A stretch of 24,000 nucleotides of DNA, from positions 100,626 through 124,625 of the forward strand of contig CAVOXI010000008.1 of the NCBI GenBank assembly GCA_963700395.1, written 5' to 3'. The translations under genes and the position numbers were made by a program. Shown piece by piece: positions 1 to 10,532 of the stretch. Every line of letters begins with the position of its first letter. The first letter of the stretch is position 1. The notes under the pieces were generated by a model. The model was not told the origin of the DNA and did not search any database. It saw only the letters and a list, made by a program, of their open reading frames with translations. Origin of the DNA: an uncultured Actinomycetes bacterium (GTDB taxonomy: Bacteria; Actinomycetota; Actinomycetes; S36-B12; CAIYMF01).

Positions 1-1055
1 TCCACCACGTCACCGTCGTGCATGACGTACTCCTTGCCCTCGATGCGCACCTTGCCGCGGGACTTGGCCTCGGCCATCGAACCGGCATCGACGAGGTCGT
101 CGAACGACACGACCTCGGCCTTGATGAAGCCCTTCTGGAAGTCGGTGTGGATGACCCCGGCCGCCTCCGGCGCGGTTGCGCCCTTCGGGATCGTCCACGC
201 GCGCGACTCCTTCGGGCCGGCCGTCAGGTAGGACTGGAGGCCCAGCGTGTCGAACCCGACGCGGGCGAGCTGCGTCAGCCCGCTCTCCTCCTGGCCGATC
301 GACTGCAGCAGCTCGAGGGCCTCAGCCTCGTCGAGCTCGATGAGGTCGGCCTCGGTCTTGGCGTCGAGGAAGACGGCCTCGGCCGGAGCGATCAGGGAGG
401 CGAGGTCCGAGCGCATGGCATCGTCCGAGAGCTCGTCGGCGTCGACGTTGAAGACGTAGAGGAACGGCTTGGCGGTGAGCAGGAACAGCTCACGGAGCGG
501 CTCACGGTCCAGCCCTGCCGCGAACACCGTCCGACCGCTCTCGAGGACGGCCTTCGCCTCCTCCGCCGCGGCGAGGGTCGCGACCCGGTCCTTGTTCATC
601 CGGGCCTCCTTCTGCAGCCGCGGGATCGCCTTGTCCAGCGTCTGCATGTCGGCCAGGATCAGCTCGAGGTTGATCACCTCGATGTCGTCCTTCGGTGACA
701 CCCGACCGTCGACGTGGACCACATCCGGATCGGTGAACACCCGGATCACCTGGCAGATCGCGTCGGACTCGCGGATGTGCGACAGGAACTTGTTCCCCAG
801 CCCGGCGCCCTCGCTCGCGCCCTTGACGATCCCGGCGATGTCCACGAACGTGACCGTCGCCGGCAGGGTCCGAGCTGAGCCGAAGATGCCGGCCAGAACG
901 CCCAGGCGCGGGTCGGGGACGCCGACCACGCCAGTGTTCGGCTCGATGGTCGCGAACGGGTAGTTCGCCGCCAGGACGTTGTTGCGGGTCAGCGCGTTGA
1001 ACAGGGTGGACTTGCCGACGTTGGGCAGTCCGACGATGCCGATGGTGAGAGCCAC
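1..1055 (-). CDS. ychF: Ribosome-binding ATPase / GTP-binding protein YchF (3' end lies left of the window)
   Basis: Reverse-strand translation from GTG at 1055 reads VALTIGIVGLPNVGKSTLFNALT (P-loop), then DIAGIVKGASEGAGLGNKFLSHIRESDAI. At the window edge it reads TIPKGATAPEAAGVIHTDFQKGFIKAEVVSFDDL...GKVRIEGKEYVMHDGDVV (YchF C-terminal TGS-like end). It is absent from the ORF track because the stop is outside the window. The + strand ORFs 18..698 and 469..963 are antisense artefacts. Confidence 0.95.
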   Translation of the reverse strand, partial: MALTIGIVGLPNVGKSTLFNALTRNNVLAANYPFATIEPNTGVVGVPDPRLGVLAGIFGSARTLPATVTFVDIAGIVKGASEGAGLGNKFLSHIRESDAICQVIRVFTDPDVVHVDGRVSPKDDIEVINLELILADMQTLDKAIPRLQKEARMNKDRVATLAAAEEAKAVLESGRTVFAAGLDREPLRELFLLTAKPFLYVFNVDADELSDDAMRSDLASLIAPAEAVFLDAKTEADLIELDEAEALELLQSIGQEESGLTQLARVGFDTLGLQSYLTAGPKESRAWTIPKGATAPEAAGVIHTDFQKGFIKAEVVSFDDLVDAGSMAEAKSRGKVRIEGKEYVMHDGDVV

Positions 1056-1205
1056 AACGAACGATTCTACCGGCGTCCGCCGAGCCTCCCCGACGACTTC
1101 GGGCGGGGCGCGAATGACTCCTCGGCGCTCCGCTTCGCAGTTGTCCCCAACCTGCGTCGCATGCCTTGTGATGTCAGGGGAGTGGGGTACCGTTCTGGCA
1201 TGTGA

Positions 1206-1221
1206 TCGAACACGTGTTCGA
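1206..1221. promoter_or_regulatory. Candidate LexA operator (SOS box), perfect 16-bp palindrome TCGAACACGTGTTCGA
   Basis: The sequence tcgaacacgtgttcga matches exactly the mycobacterial/actinobacterial SOS-box consensus TCGAAC-N4-GTTCGA. It lies 14 nt upstream of the GTG at 1236. The RBS-like GGGGGAGGA (1224-1232) sits between the box and the start codon. Confidence 0.7.
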
Positions 1222-1235
1222 GAGGGGGAGGATTC

Positions 1236-2621
1236 GTGCTCGAGTTGGTGCTGACGGTACGAGACAAATGCGGCCGGTCGATGGACCCCGCGGAGTTGGG
1301 GGTCGATGACCTGGTGGAGGCGATCCGGGCACGGCCGCCGAGTAACGGACCGAACGGGCGGACAGAGCGTGACCTGGACCTGGCCGCGTTCGGACCCGCG
1401 CTGATGTCCCTCGAGGCGGTGGAACAGGTCTCCCGACAGGTCGCCGCCCTGCGGACGGCCTGCGTGGCGGCCGTCGCCGACGAGACCCCCGGAGGATCGA
1501 CAACTGACCAGGTACTCGACGAGGTGTCCTGCTCCCTTGTCGTCTCACGCCGGTCCGCGGCCCATACCCGGGTCACCGCCGAGACCCTTCGCCACCAACC
1601 CGAGGTTTGGGCCGCTCTGTGTCGCGGGGACGTGGACCTGACCCGCGCACGCATCCTGGCCCACGCCCTGCTCGAGGTACCCCGAACAGACCCTGACGGC
1701 GTCCTTCGGGAGGACTACGAATCTGACTGCGCAACAGTGCTCGCCGACGGTCTGGCATACGCACAGGACCACACAGCCCGCCGTCTTGACCTGTTCCTTC
1801 AACGCCGCCTCCTTGCCCTGGGCTGCGCGGATCGGCCCCGGCGCCGCGCCCGGGCGCTGAGCGAGCGCGGAGTCTGGCTCAACCACCGCGGGGACGGCAC
1901 CGCCGACCTGGTCGCGAGACTGACCAGCGAGGACGCCGAACGGGTCTACTCCACCATCCGGGCCTGCGCTCTTGCCGACCGCAATGGAGATCCCGCGTAT
2001 GACGCCGCTGACCCCCGCGAACCCCTGGACCTCTGGCTCGCCTCCGCGCTCGTCGACCTGATCCTCCACCCCGGGTCCTGGCAGTGCGGAACCAACTCGA
2101 GCAGCGATTCGGGCCCTCATGAGGTCCAACGCCCTCGGCTGGACACGATCATCACGGTGACGATCCCCATCGACTCCCTGGCCGGCCTGTCAGACTCCCC
2201 CGGCGTCATCAACGGCTTCGGGGCGATTCCGGCCGAGGACGCCCGCCGTCTGGCCGCTGCGGACGCCCGGTGGCGACACGTCCTCACAAGCCGCACGACC
2301 GGCGCCGTGCTCGACGTGGGAACGCTGTCCTACCGCCCTCCGGCGGCCCTTGAGCGACACGTCCGGCTGCGTGACGGGACCTGCAGGTTCCCCGGCTGCC
2401 CGGTCCCAGCGGCCGAGTGCGACCTCGATCACCTCATCCCGTTCCCCTCGGGCGCAACGTCAGAGGAGAACCTCCATGCGCTCTGCCGACGCCACCACAA
2501 CCTGAAGCACGACGGCGGCTGGCGGGTCGAGGCCACACCGGGGAGTGGGCTGCGCTGGACAAGCCCGCAGGGCGCAACCACCACCACACACCCCGACGAC
2601 AACCACTCCCGCGTCGCTTGA
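1236..2621 (+). CDS. DUF222-type HNH endonuclease (REP13E12-like family)
   Basis: 461-aa ORF. The C-terminus RLRDGTCRFPGCPVPAAECDLDHLIPFPSGATSEENLHALCRRHHNLKHDGGW is a canonical HNH/His-Me finger. The long alpha-helical N-terminal region is typical of actinobacterial DUF222 proteins. A strong RBS precedes the GTG; the start could alternatively be the internal MDPAELG. Confidence 0.9.
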   Translation: MLELVLTVRDKCGRSMDPAELGVDDLVEAIRARPPSNGPNGRTERDLDLAAFGPALMSLEAVEQVSRQVAALRTACVAAVADETPGGSTTDQVLDEVSCSLVVSRRSAAHTRVTAETLRHQPEVWAALCRGDVDLTRARILAHALLEVPRTDPDGVLREDYESDCATVLADGLAYAQDHTARRLDLFLQRRLLALGCADRPRRRARALSERGVWLNHRGDGTADLVARLTSEDAERVYSTIRACALADRNGDPAYDAADPREPLDLWLASALVDLILHPGSWQCGTNSSSDSGPHEVQRPRLDTIITVTIPIDSLAGLSDSPGVINGFGAIPAEDARRLAAADARWRHVLTSRTTGAVLDVGTLSYRPPAALERHVRLRDGTCRFPGCPVPAAECDLDHLIPFPSGATSEENLHALCRRHHNLKHDGGWRVEATPGSGLRWTSPQGATTTTHPDDNHSRVA

Positions 2622-2651
2622 GGAACCGAGCCAGGAACTTCCCGAGGGCGC

Positions 2652-2668
2652 AGGGCGACTATCGCCCT
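2652..2668 (+). terminator. Possible hairpin between the HNH gene and rmuC (AGGGCGA-cta-TCGCCCT)
   Basis: 7-bp GC-rich stem with a 3-nt loop, 31 nt after the HNH stop. An alternative pairing uses GAGGGCG (2644-2650). No U-tract follows, so function is uncertain. Confidence 0.25.
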
Positions 2669-2699
2669 CCATGTCAGTCCCCCCCGATAGGAATGGTCC

Positions 2700-4034
2700 A
2701 TGGATAGGACGATGTTGTGGAGCGTGGCCCTCCTCTCGCTGGCTCTGGCGCTCGGGTGGCTGCTGCGCGGGCTTGTGGACCGTCCACGTCAAGCGGCGGA
2801 ACGCGCCGTCTCTGGGGAGCGGGTGGCGCGCCTGGAAGCAGAGCTCACCGCTGCCCGAACGACAGCCGAGTCCCAAGCCCGGACACCGGAGCAGGTGGCC
2901 CAGGTGATGGCACCGGTCCAGACCGCGCTGGGCCGCCTCGAGGAGGCCGTGGCCCGAGCGGAGGGTGGACGTGCCACCTCCACTGCCCAGCTGGCTGAGC
3001 AGATGAGGGCCGTGGCCCAGGCCACGAGTGTGTCCACCGATGGGCTGCGGCGCGAGACCGCCCGGCTGGTGGGGGCCCTGGGGCACAGTGAGGTGCGCGG
3101 GCGCTGGGGGGAGTTCCAGCTGCGGCGGCTGCTCGAGTCCTCTGGCCTGGTGCGAGACGTGCACTTCACCGAGCAGCAGAGCGTCTCCACCGACGCCGGC
3201 CTGCTCCGCCCCGATGTCGTGCTGCACCTCGGCGAGGACAAGACCGTCGTGGTGGACGCGAAGGTGTCGCTACGGGCCATCCTCGGCATCCAGGCTGGTG
3301 ACCCGCAGGACGAGGTCGCCGCGGCGCGGGCCCAACACGCTCGGGAGGTGCGCAACCACGTCGACCGGTTGGCGAGCAAGGAGTACGCCCGGCAGTTCGA
3401 CACCGCGCCGGAGTTCGTCGTCATGTTCCTGCCCGCGGAGTCCCTGCTGGCCGAGGCCCTGGCCTGCGACCCAACCCTGCTCGAGCATGCCTTCGGCCGC
3501 AACGTCGTCCTGGCAACTCCGACCACCTTGATGGCACTGACCCGAACCGTCGGCCATATCTGGCGCCAGGATGCCCTGGCTGCCAATGCCAAGGAGGTCC
3601 AGGCCCTGGGCCGGGAGATGGCCGAGCGCCTTGCGACCATGCTTGGACACCTCGACAAGCTGGGTTCGTCCCTGGGCGCCGGCGTCACCGCCTACAACAG
3701 GGCCATCGCGTCGCTTGAGTCCCGGGTGCTCGTGACCGGTCGGCGGTTCACCGAGCTGCAGGGCCTGCCGATCCCGCTGGAGTCACCTCGGCAGGTGGAT
3801 CAGCAGCCACGAAGCCTGGCAGCCCGGGCAGCCGACGAGGACCAGCCCACCCAGGACCAGCCGGCCCAGGTATTGGCCGAACAGGCCACATCCGTCCATC
3901 CGGACGAACTCGACCTCGCCGCCAACCTCCTGGACCGGCCGCACCCGGGCGACTCAGGGTCACTCGACCCCCTCGAGCGGCAGGCGCTGGACGCGGGTGG
4001 ATCACCGCAGGAGTCCACGACGGCCGTCGCATAG
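2700..4034 (+). CDS. rmuC: DNA recombination protein RmuC
   Basis: 444-aa ORF with an N-terminal TM helix, a coiled-coil region, and the RmuC nuclease-like core. Core motifs: RGRWGEFQLRRLLESSGL...RPDVVLHLGEDKTVVVDAKVSL...FVVMFLPAESLLAEAL...NVVLATPTTLMALTRTV. Confidence 0.93.
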   Translation: MDRTMLWSVALLSLALALGWLLRGLVDRPRQAAERAVSGERVARLEAELTAARTTAESQARTPEQVAQVMAPVQTALGRLEEAVARAEGGRATSTAQLAEQMRAVAQATSVSTDGLRRETARLVGALGHSEVRGRWGEFQLRRLLESSGLVRDVHFTEQQSVSTDAGLLRPDVVLHLGEDKTVVVDAKVSLRAILGIQAGDPQDEVAAARAQHAREVRNHVDRLASKEYARQFDTAPEFVVMFLPAESLLAEALACDPTLLEHAFGRNVVLATPTTLMALTRTVGHIWRQDALAANAKEVQALGREMAERLATMLGHLDKLGSSLGAGVTAYNRAIASLESRVLVTGRRFTELQGLPIPLESPRQVDQQPRSLAARAADEDQPTQDQPAQVLAEQATSVHPDELDLAANLLDRPHPGDSGSLDPLERQALDAGGSPQESTTAVA

Positions 4035-4066
4035 TCCTCGACTACCAGCGGGCTACCATTCGGCTC

Positions 4067-4549
4067 GTGACCCTCCCCTCACCCGGACCCGGCAATGCCG
4101 GGTGGGGAGGTTCCGGAACTCCCACCGACGGGCCCATGCGGCCACAGGCAGTCGCACCGCCCACCGACACTGGACGAGGATTCCCTGGCGGTCGGGTGGT
4201 GGCCGTCGCCACGCTCGCGGTGATCGCCGTGGCGATCATCGAGGCCGCATTGCGCGACCGCGTCGGTCCGTGGACGGGCGCGACCCTCGTGGTGGTGGCG
4301 ATCGTCGCCCCACTGGTGACGCGCGCCGGGGATCGTTCGCTGCCCGCGATGATGCCTCCCCTGGCGTTCCTCGTGGCAGTGCTGATCGCCGGGCAACTGC
4401 TCGTGGCCAGGACGGGGGCGGGCAACTTCGACCGCGTCTCCGAGGCCGTGATGATCGCCCAGAACCTCGGACCCAACGCGGTCTGGGTGGTCGCGGCGAC
4501 GATCCTGTCGGTCACGGTTGCGACCATCCGGCACTTCACCGACCGCTGA
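4067..4549 (+). CDS. Small integral membrane protein (DUF6542-like by memory of the family)
   Basis: 160-aa ORF with 3-4 hydrophobic helices (VVAVATLAVIAVAII, ATLVVVAIVAPLV, PPLAFLVAVLIAGQLLV, AVWVVAATILSVTVA). It occupies the conserved position between rmuC and ispH. The start is uncertain (GTG 4067 or ATG 4136). Confidence 0.55.
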   Translation: MTLPSPGPGNAGWGGSGTPTDGPMRPQAVAPPTDTGRGFPGGRVVAVATLAVIAVAIIEAALRDRVGPWTGATLVVVAIVAPLVTRAGDRSLPAMMPPLAFLVAVLIAGQLLVARTGAGNFDRVSEAVMIAQNLGPNAVWVVAATILSVTVATIRHFTDR

Positions 4550-4567
4550 GGTCCCCCGACCGCGCCA

Positions 4568-5533
4568 CTACTGCTTCCCGGCCGCCTTCAACTCGCGGCG
4601 AAGCTCCTGGGGCAGCGCGAAGACCATGTGCTCCTCGACGGCGTCCACGTCCTCGACGTCATCGAAGCCGAGCTCGGCGAGTCGGACGAGCACATCACGT
4701 ACCAGGATCTCCGGGACCGACGCTCCGCTGGTGACCCCCACGGTGGCGGCACCATCGAACCAGGCCGCCTCCAGTTCGGTTGCCTGATCGACGCGGTACC
4801 CCGACTTCGCGCCGTGCTGCAGCCCGACCTCGAGCAGCCGCACGGAGTTCGAGGAGTTGGCCGACCCGACCACGATGAGCACGTCGCTGCGCGGGGCCAC
4901 CTTCTTCACCGCAGTCTGGCGGTTCTGGGTGGCGTAGCAGATGTCATCGCTGGGCGGGCTGACCAGCGCGGGAAGGCGCTCGCGCAGCGCACCCACAGTC
5001 TCCATGGTCTCGTCCACCGAGAGCGTCGTCTGCGACAGCCAGACCACCTTCTCGTCCGCGGCGAGGTCGAGGTCGGCGACTGATTCCGGACCGGAGACCA
5101 GTGTCATGGCCCCGGGCGCCTCGCCCATGGTGCCCTCGACCTCCTCATGGCCCTCGTGGCCGATGAGCAGGATCCGATAGCCCTCGTCGGCGAAGCGACG
5201 AGCCTCGTTGTGCACCTTGGTGACCAGCGGGCAGGTCGCATCGATGGTGCGCAGGCCGCGCTCGGCGGCCTCCTCGTGGACTGACGGCGCCACGCCGTGA
5301 GCGCTGAAGACCACGGTCGCGCCCTCGGGGACGTCGTCGGTCTCCGTCACGAAGACGGCCCCACGCGCCGCCAGGGAGTCCACCACGTAGCGGTTGTGGA
5401 CGATCTCCTTGCGCACGTAGACCGGCGCGCCGTAGAGGTCGAGGGCCTTCTCGACGGCGACCACGGCACGGTCAACGCCGGCGCAGTAGCCGCGTGGCGC
5501 GGCGAGCAGGACCTTGCGACCCGGTTCAGACAT
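4568..5533 (-). CDS. ispH: 4-hydroxy-3-methylbut-2-enyl diphosphate reductase IspH/LytB
   Basis: Motifs [36 protein letters not shown] and SANSSNS, with the three Fe-S cysteines in context. The track ORF runs to 5596, but [10 protein letters not shown] (ATG at 5533) fits the usual family N-terminus. Confidence 0.95.
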   Translation of the reverse strand: MSEPGRKVLLAAPRGYCAGVDRAVVAVEKALDLYGAPVYVRKEIVHNRYVVDSLAARGAVFVTETDDVPEGATVVFSAHGVAPSVHEEAAERGLRTIDATCPLVTKVHNEARRFADEGYRILLIGHEGHEEVEGTMGEAPGAMTLVSGPESVADLDLAADEKVVWLSQTTLSVDETMETVGALRERLPALVSPPSDDICYATQNRQTAVKKVAPRSDVLIVVGSANSSNSVRLLEVGLQHGAKSGYRVDQATELEAAWFDGAATVGVTSGASVPEILVRDVLVRLAELGFDDVEDVDAVEEHMVFALPQELRRELKAAGKQ

Positions 5534-5558
5534 GCCTCCATGGTAGGGCGGTCCGGCG

Positions 5559-6848
5559 ATGTCCGCCCCCTGTCGTACTCTCGCGACCATGGCCACAGCC
5601 CCCCAGACGAGCCCACCGGGCGCCGCACCCGTGGACGGCTCCGCCCCCGAGCGCGCATGGCCGGTCCGCGAGATCTCGGTGAAGCTGCGCGACTACATCG
5701 CCCGGCTGAACCGCGTCTGGATCGAGGGCCAGGTCGTGGAGGTCAGTCGCCGCAGCGGCTCACAGGTGTACCTGACCATCCGCGATGTCGACGTCGACGC
5801 CTCCGTGTCGGTCGTCATCCCCGGCGGCCTCGACCGCGCCATGAACCCCCCGCTGACCGCGGGTCAACGCGTCCTCCTGCACGTCCAGTGCGAGTACTGG
5901 GTCCGCAACGGTCGCCTCATGCTGCGCGCCAGCGAGATCCGCCCGGTCGGCATCGGCGAGCTCCTGGCCACCCTGGAGCGTCGCAAGCAGCAACTGGCTG
6001 CCGAGGGCCTGTTCGCCCCCGAGCTCAAGCGCCGCCTGCCCCTGCTCCCCCGCAGGATCGGACTCATCACCGGAGCCAACGCCCAGGCGATGCACGACGT
6101 GATCACCAACGCCCGTCTCAGGTGGCCGGCCGCGCAGTTCGAGGTCCGGGAGGGCGCGGTGCAGGGCGCGTCAGCGGTGAGCACGATGATCCGCAGCCTC
6201 GCCGAGCTCGACGCCGACGAGTCCGTGGAGGTCATCGTGTTCGCCCGCGGCGGCGGCAGCCTCGAGGACCTGCTGCCGTTCAGCGACGAGTCGCTGATCC
6301 GCGCGGTGGCTGCCGTCCGGACCCCCGTCGTCAGCGCGATCGGCCACGAGCAGGACGCCCCCCTGCTCGACCTCGTCGCCGACCTGCGGGCCTCGACCCC
6401 CACGGATGCCGGCAAGCGGATCGTCCCCGAGTGGGCGGAGGAGTCCCGGCGCATCTCCGATCGGCGGGCCAGTCTCGACCGGACGATGCTGACCCGCCTG
6501 GAGCAGGCCGCCACGTGGTTGGAGCAGACGCGCAGCCGACCTGCCATGGCCGACCCCGCCGGGTTGCTGCCCCGGCTGTCGGCGGAGGTGCACACCGCCC
6601 GCCAGCGCGCATTCCGGGCCGTGGAGCAGCGGATCGGCACCCAGGAGCGTGACCTCGCCCACCTGCGCGCGCGGGCGCGGGCGCTGTCCCCGCTGGCCAC
6701 CCTCGACCGCGGCTACGCGGTGGTGGTCGGCCCGAACGGCGACTTCATCCGCGCCGCCGACCAGCTCCATCCCGGCGACGGCGTGCGGGTGCGCGTCGCC
6801 ACCGGTCACTTCCGGGCCGACGTCACCGACGTAGCATCGGCATCATGA
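5559..6848 (+). CDS. xseA: Exodeoxyribonuclease VII large subunit
   Basis: 429-aa ORF. It has an N-terminal OB fold ([29 protein letters not shown]) and the catalytic region ([15 protein letters not shown]...[17 protein letters not shown]...SAIGHEQD). The stop overlaps the xseB ATG (ATGA at 6845-6848). The start may be ATG 5589 instead. Confidence 0.93.
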   Translation: MSAPCRTLATMATAPQTSPPGAAPVDGSAPERAWPVREISVKLRDYIARLNRVWIEGQVVEVSRRSGSQVYLTIRDVDVDASVSVVIPGGLDRAMNPPLTAGQRVLLHVQCEYWVRNGRLMLRASEIRPVGIGELLATLERRKQQLAAEGLFAPELKRRLPLLPRRIGLITGANAQAMHDVITNARLRWPAAQFEVREGAVQGASAVSTMIRSLAELDADESVEVIVFARGGGSLEDLLPFSDESLIRAVAAVRTPVVSAIGHEQDAPLLDLVADLRASTPTDAGKRIVPEWAEESRRISDRRASLDRTMLTRLEQAATWLEQTRSRPAMADPAGLLPRLSAEVHTARQRAFRAVEQRIGTQERDLAHLRARARALSPLATLDRGYAVVVGPNGDFIRAADQLHPGDGVRVRVATGHFRADVTDVASAS

Positions 6849-7076
6849 CTGAGCCCACCGCGCCCCTGCCGGGCGGGAACCCCGAGGACCTCGCCAACCT
6901 CAGCTACGAGCAGGCTCGCACCGCCCTCGACCAGGTCGTGGCCGCGCTCGAGTCCAGCACCGTCAACCTCGAGATGTCACTGGCGCTGTGGGAGCGCGGC
7001 ACCGCACTGGCCGACATCTGCCAGGCGCACCTCGACGGGGCCCGGGAGCGCATCGAGGCGGCGAGGCCGGGCCTGA
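6845..7076 (+). CDS. xseB: Exodeoxyribonuclease VII small subunit; the as-read ORF has no stop until 7375, and the 3' end is inferred after one extra base near 7064-7070
   Basis: LSYEQARTALDQVVAALESSTVNLEMSLALWERGTALADICQAHLDGARERIEAA is a full XseB domain. As read, the frame continues for about 100 more R/P/G-rich codons antisense to the next gene. Removing one base near 7064-7070 gives a stop at TGA 7074-7076 and a typical length of about 76 aa. Confidence 0.8.
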
Positions 7077-7206
7077 CGGCCGAGGGCCCGGCCAGCAGTA
7101 GGGCCCGGGAACGTGGGGCTGGCGCATCCATGAACCGGCGCCGAGCGACCGGCAGACCATCGGCCGTCGGCCGCAAAGCAGTCGACCGGCGCCGGCGAAG
7201 CAGTCC

Positions 7207-7784
7207 TCAGCGCTCGACAGCCGCCAGCTGTGCCGGCCAGGGTCTCGAGCTCCGCCCACTCGCGCCGAGCCTGTCACGATCGTGGCCGTGCCGTCCTCGA
7301 CCAGCACCAGCGACCGGCGGTCATCGGGGGTGGGGTCGCCCTCCATCCGGGTCCACTCGCGCCCCCCGATGGTGACCGTCCCCTCAGCGACACCGTCGCG
7401 CGTCTCGGACTCGATCCAGTCCGTCTGCGCCGCGATCGCCTGCTTCGGGAACTGACCGCGCTGCAGGACGGCGGCGTACTCCTCGGCCGGGGTGTAGAAC
7501 CCGGCCCGCCAGCCCAGCGTGCCGTCCGCCTCCGGCTCCACGCGCGCGCTGGTCGCGGGCCACGGGAACGTCACCGGCGGCGCGAGGACCTCGTAGGACG
7601 CGGCTGTGGCGGCTGACTGGGCGACAGGCGCCCATTCGACCTCGCGGATCGCCTCCGAGCTGCGCGGGTGCGCGAAGTACATCCAGATCAGCAGCACGAT
7701 CGCCACGAGGCCCAGGGAGCGGACCATGTCCGTGCCGACCTGGCGTCCGCGCGACGGCGCCCGACCGACGGTCTGCTCTCCCAT
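7207..7784 (-). pseudogene. DUF4245 family membrane-anchored protein, frame broken twice near the 3' end as read
   Basis: N-terminal TM helix MVRSLGLVAIVLLIWMYF followed by a conserved body ending LVLVEDGTATIVTGSA. The expected C-terminus EWAELETLAG / QLAAVER-stop is found only after skipping one base at about 7262 and another at about 7231. The as-read ORF (6963..7784) instead runs into an R/P/G-rich tail. Confidence 0.8.
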
Positions 7785-7868
7785 GGGGACGATGGTGGAC
7801 CATCAGGGGGCGGTCCGCACAATCTGCCCCCGCCACCCGCCCTATCCGCCTCGGACTAGGCTCGATCC

Positions 7869-9529
<1,661 letters not shown>

Positions 9530-9533
<4 letters not shown>

Positions 9534-10324
9534 TACCAGTGGTGTGATCGCCAGAACGACCACGCCTGGCAGGGCGAACCGTAGCGACCCTTGATGTACT
9601 TGGCGCCGACCCGGATCTGGATCGCGGGGCTGTGCATGTACTGCGAGGTGGAGTAGCCGGCGCGGCGCCACACGGCCGAGGAGGTCTGCGGGATGCCGTG
9701 GTAGCGACCATTCGGGTTGCTCGCCCAGTACCGCCAGCCGCTCTCCCTGGTCCACAGGCTCGACAGGCAGGACATCTGCCCCGAGCCCCACCCGTAGGTG
9801 CGCGAGATGTACGCCGCGGCGAAGCGCTTGCTCGCCGCCGGGGCGCCCGCCCGGGGCAGGCCACGCGAGGAGGACTTCGCTGCGCGCGCCCGCGCCTTCG
9901 CCACCTTCTTGACCGCCTTGAGCGTCCGTGCGGTCACGACGCCGGTGGCCTTGACCCCCGCGGAGCGCTGGGCCTTCTTCACGGCCTTGCGCGTCCTCGT
10001 GTCGAAGGTCGCGGTCTGCTTGACCTTCAGGAGCTTCTGCAGCGCCTGGACGTCGGGACCCGTGTCGCCGAGGCGGATGACCCGGTCACCGAGGGCGAAC
10101 ACCGCGGGGACAGCGGCGGGGACGTCCGTCGGCGCCGGCACAGCAATCGGGGCCGGCTCAGCCGTGGCCACCGGCGGGGCAACCTCGTCGGCACGTGCTG
10201 GCGAGCCCGCCAGCGCCGGCAGTCCCACGATCAACAGGGCAGCGACAAGGACGGCCAGGAGGCGAGGCGCGGGCATCGACGACGGTCCAGCGGGGGCAGC
10301 CTGCACGGGGCGTGAAGTGCTCAT
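9530..10324 (-). CDS. Secreted peptidoglycan-binding / lytic-transglycosylase-like cell-wall hydrolase
   Basis: Signal peptide [31 protein letters not shown]_binding_1-like repeat ([17 protein letters not shown]...[24 protein letters not shown]). C-terminal SLT-type motif ([30 protein letters not shown]). The start is ATG 10324 or ATG 10276; the track start at 10408 is unlikely. Confidence 0.8.
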
Positions 10325-10532
10325 GAACACCGGAGCGTGCCATCCGCACCCCCGTCGATTCCAACCAGGATTAATGGCGAGAACGCTCTCTGGCGTGACC
10401 TGCATCACGTTCGTGCACGGATAATCCGGTCATTCCATGAAATGCATCACACTGGTTGCAGCTTCAGATGTGAGGTATGCCACAGCCGGGACCTAGGTCA
10501 TGAACCGGGCGACTGCGGACCAAATGACCGTC
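10325..10532 (-). promoter_or_regulatory. AT-richer promoter/leader region of about 200 nt upstream of the cell-wall hydrolase gene
   Basis: This is the only markedly low-GC stretch in the window (ggattaatggc, ggataatccggtcattccatgaaatgcatcacactgg). It lies between the phoH2 stop (10533) and the hydrolase start. It contains the short inverted repeat CGTGA-n6-TCACG and a duplicated TGCATCAC. Confidence 0.4.

Noticed and set aside
1236-4034. HNH endonuclease plus RmuC adjacency as a possible defence island or novel nuclease system
   Set aside because: rmuC sits in its usual conserved housekeeping neighbourhood (ychF ... rmuC ... ispH-xseAB). The HNH gene is a common multi-copy DUF222 family member. 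No methylase, ATPase, helicase, TA or other defence partners flank them.
10401-10450. 8-bp direct repeat TGCATCAC, two copies 42 bp apart, as an operator pair
   Set aside because: An 8-mer recurring once within about 200 nt is not statistically remarkable. It is mentioned within the leader finding but not called as a feature.
10437-10496. 19-codon + strand ORF (MKCITLVAASDVRYATAGT) in the AT-rich spacer, and the Cys/His-rich stretch of ORF 10337..10564
   Set aside because: There is no RBS, the codon usage is atypical for this genome, the ORFs are very short, and they lie antisense to a probable leader. There is no way to support them from sequence alone.
10325-10532. c-di-AMP (ydaO/yuaA) riboswitch upstream of the cell-wall hydrolase
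   Set aside because: The context is suggestive. However, the conserved core strings I recall for this class are not present in the expected order on the minus strand; only loose resemblances occur (GGAAUCGACGGGGGUG, AGCUGCAACC). It is kept only as a search to run, not as a call.
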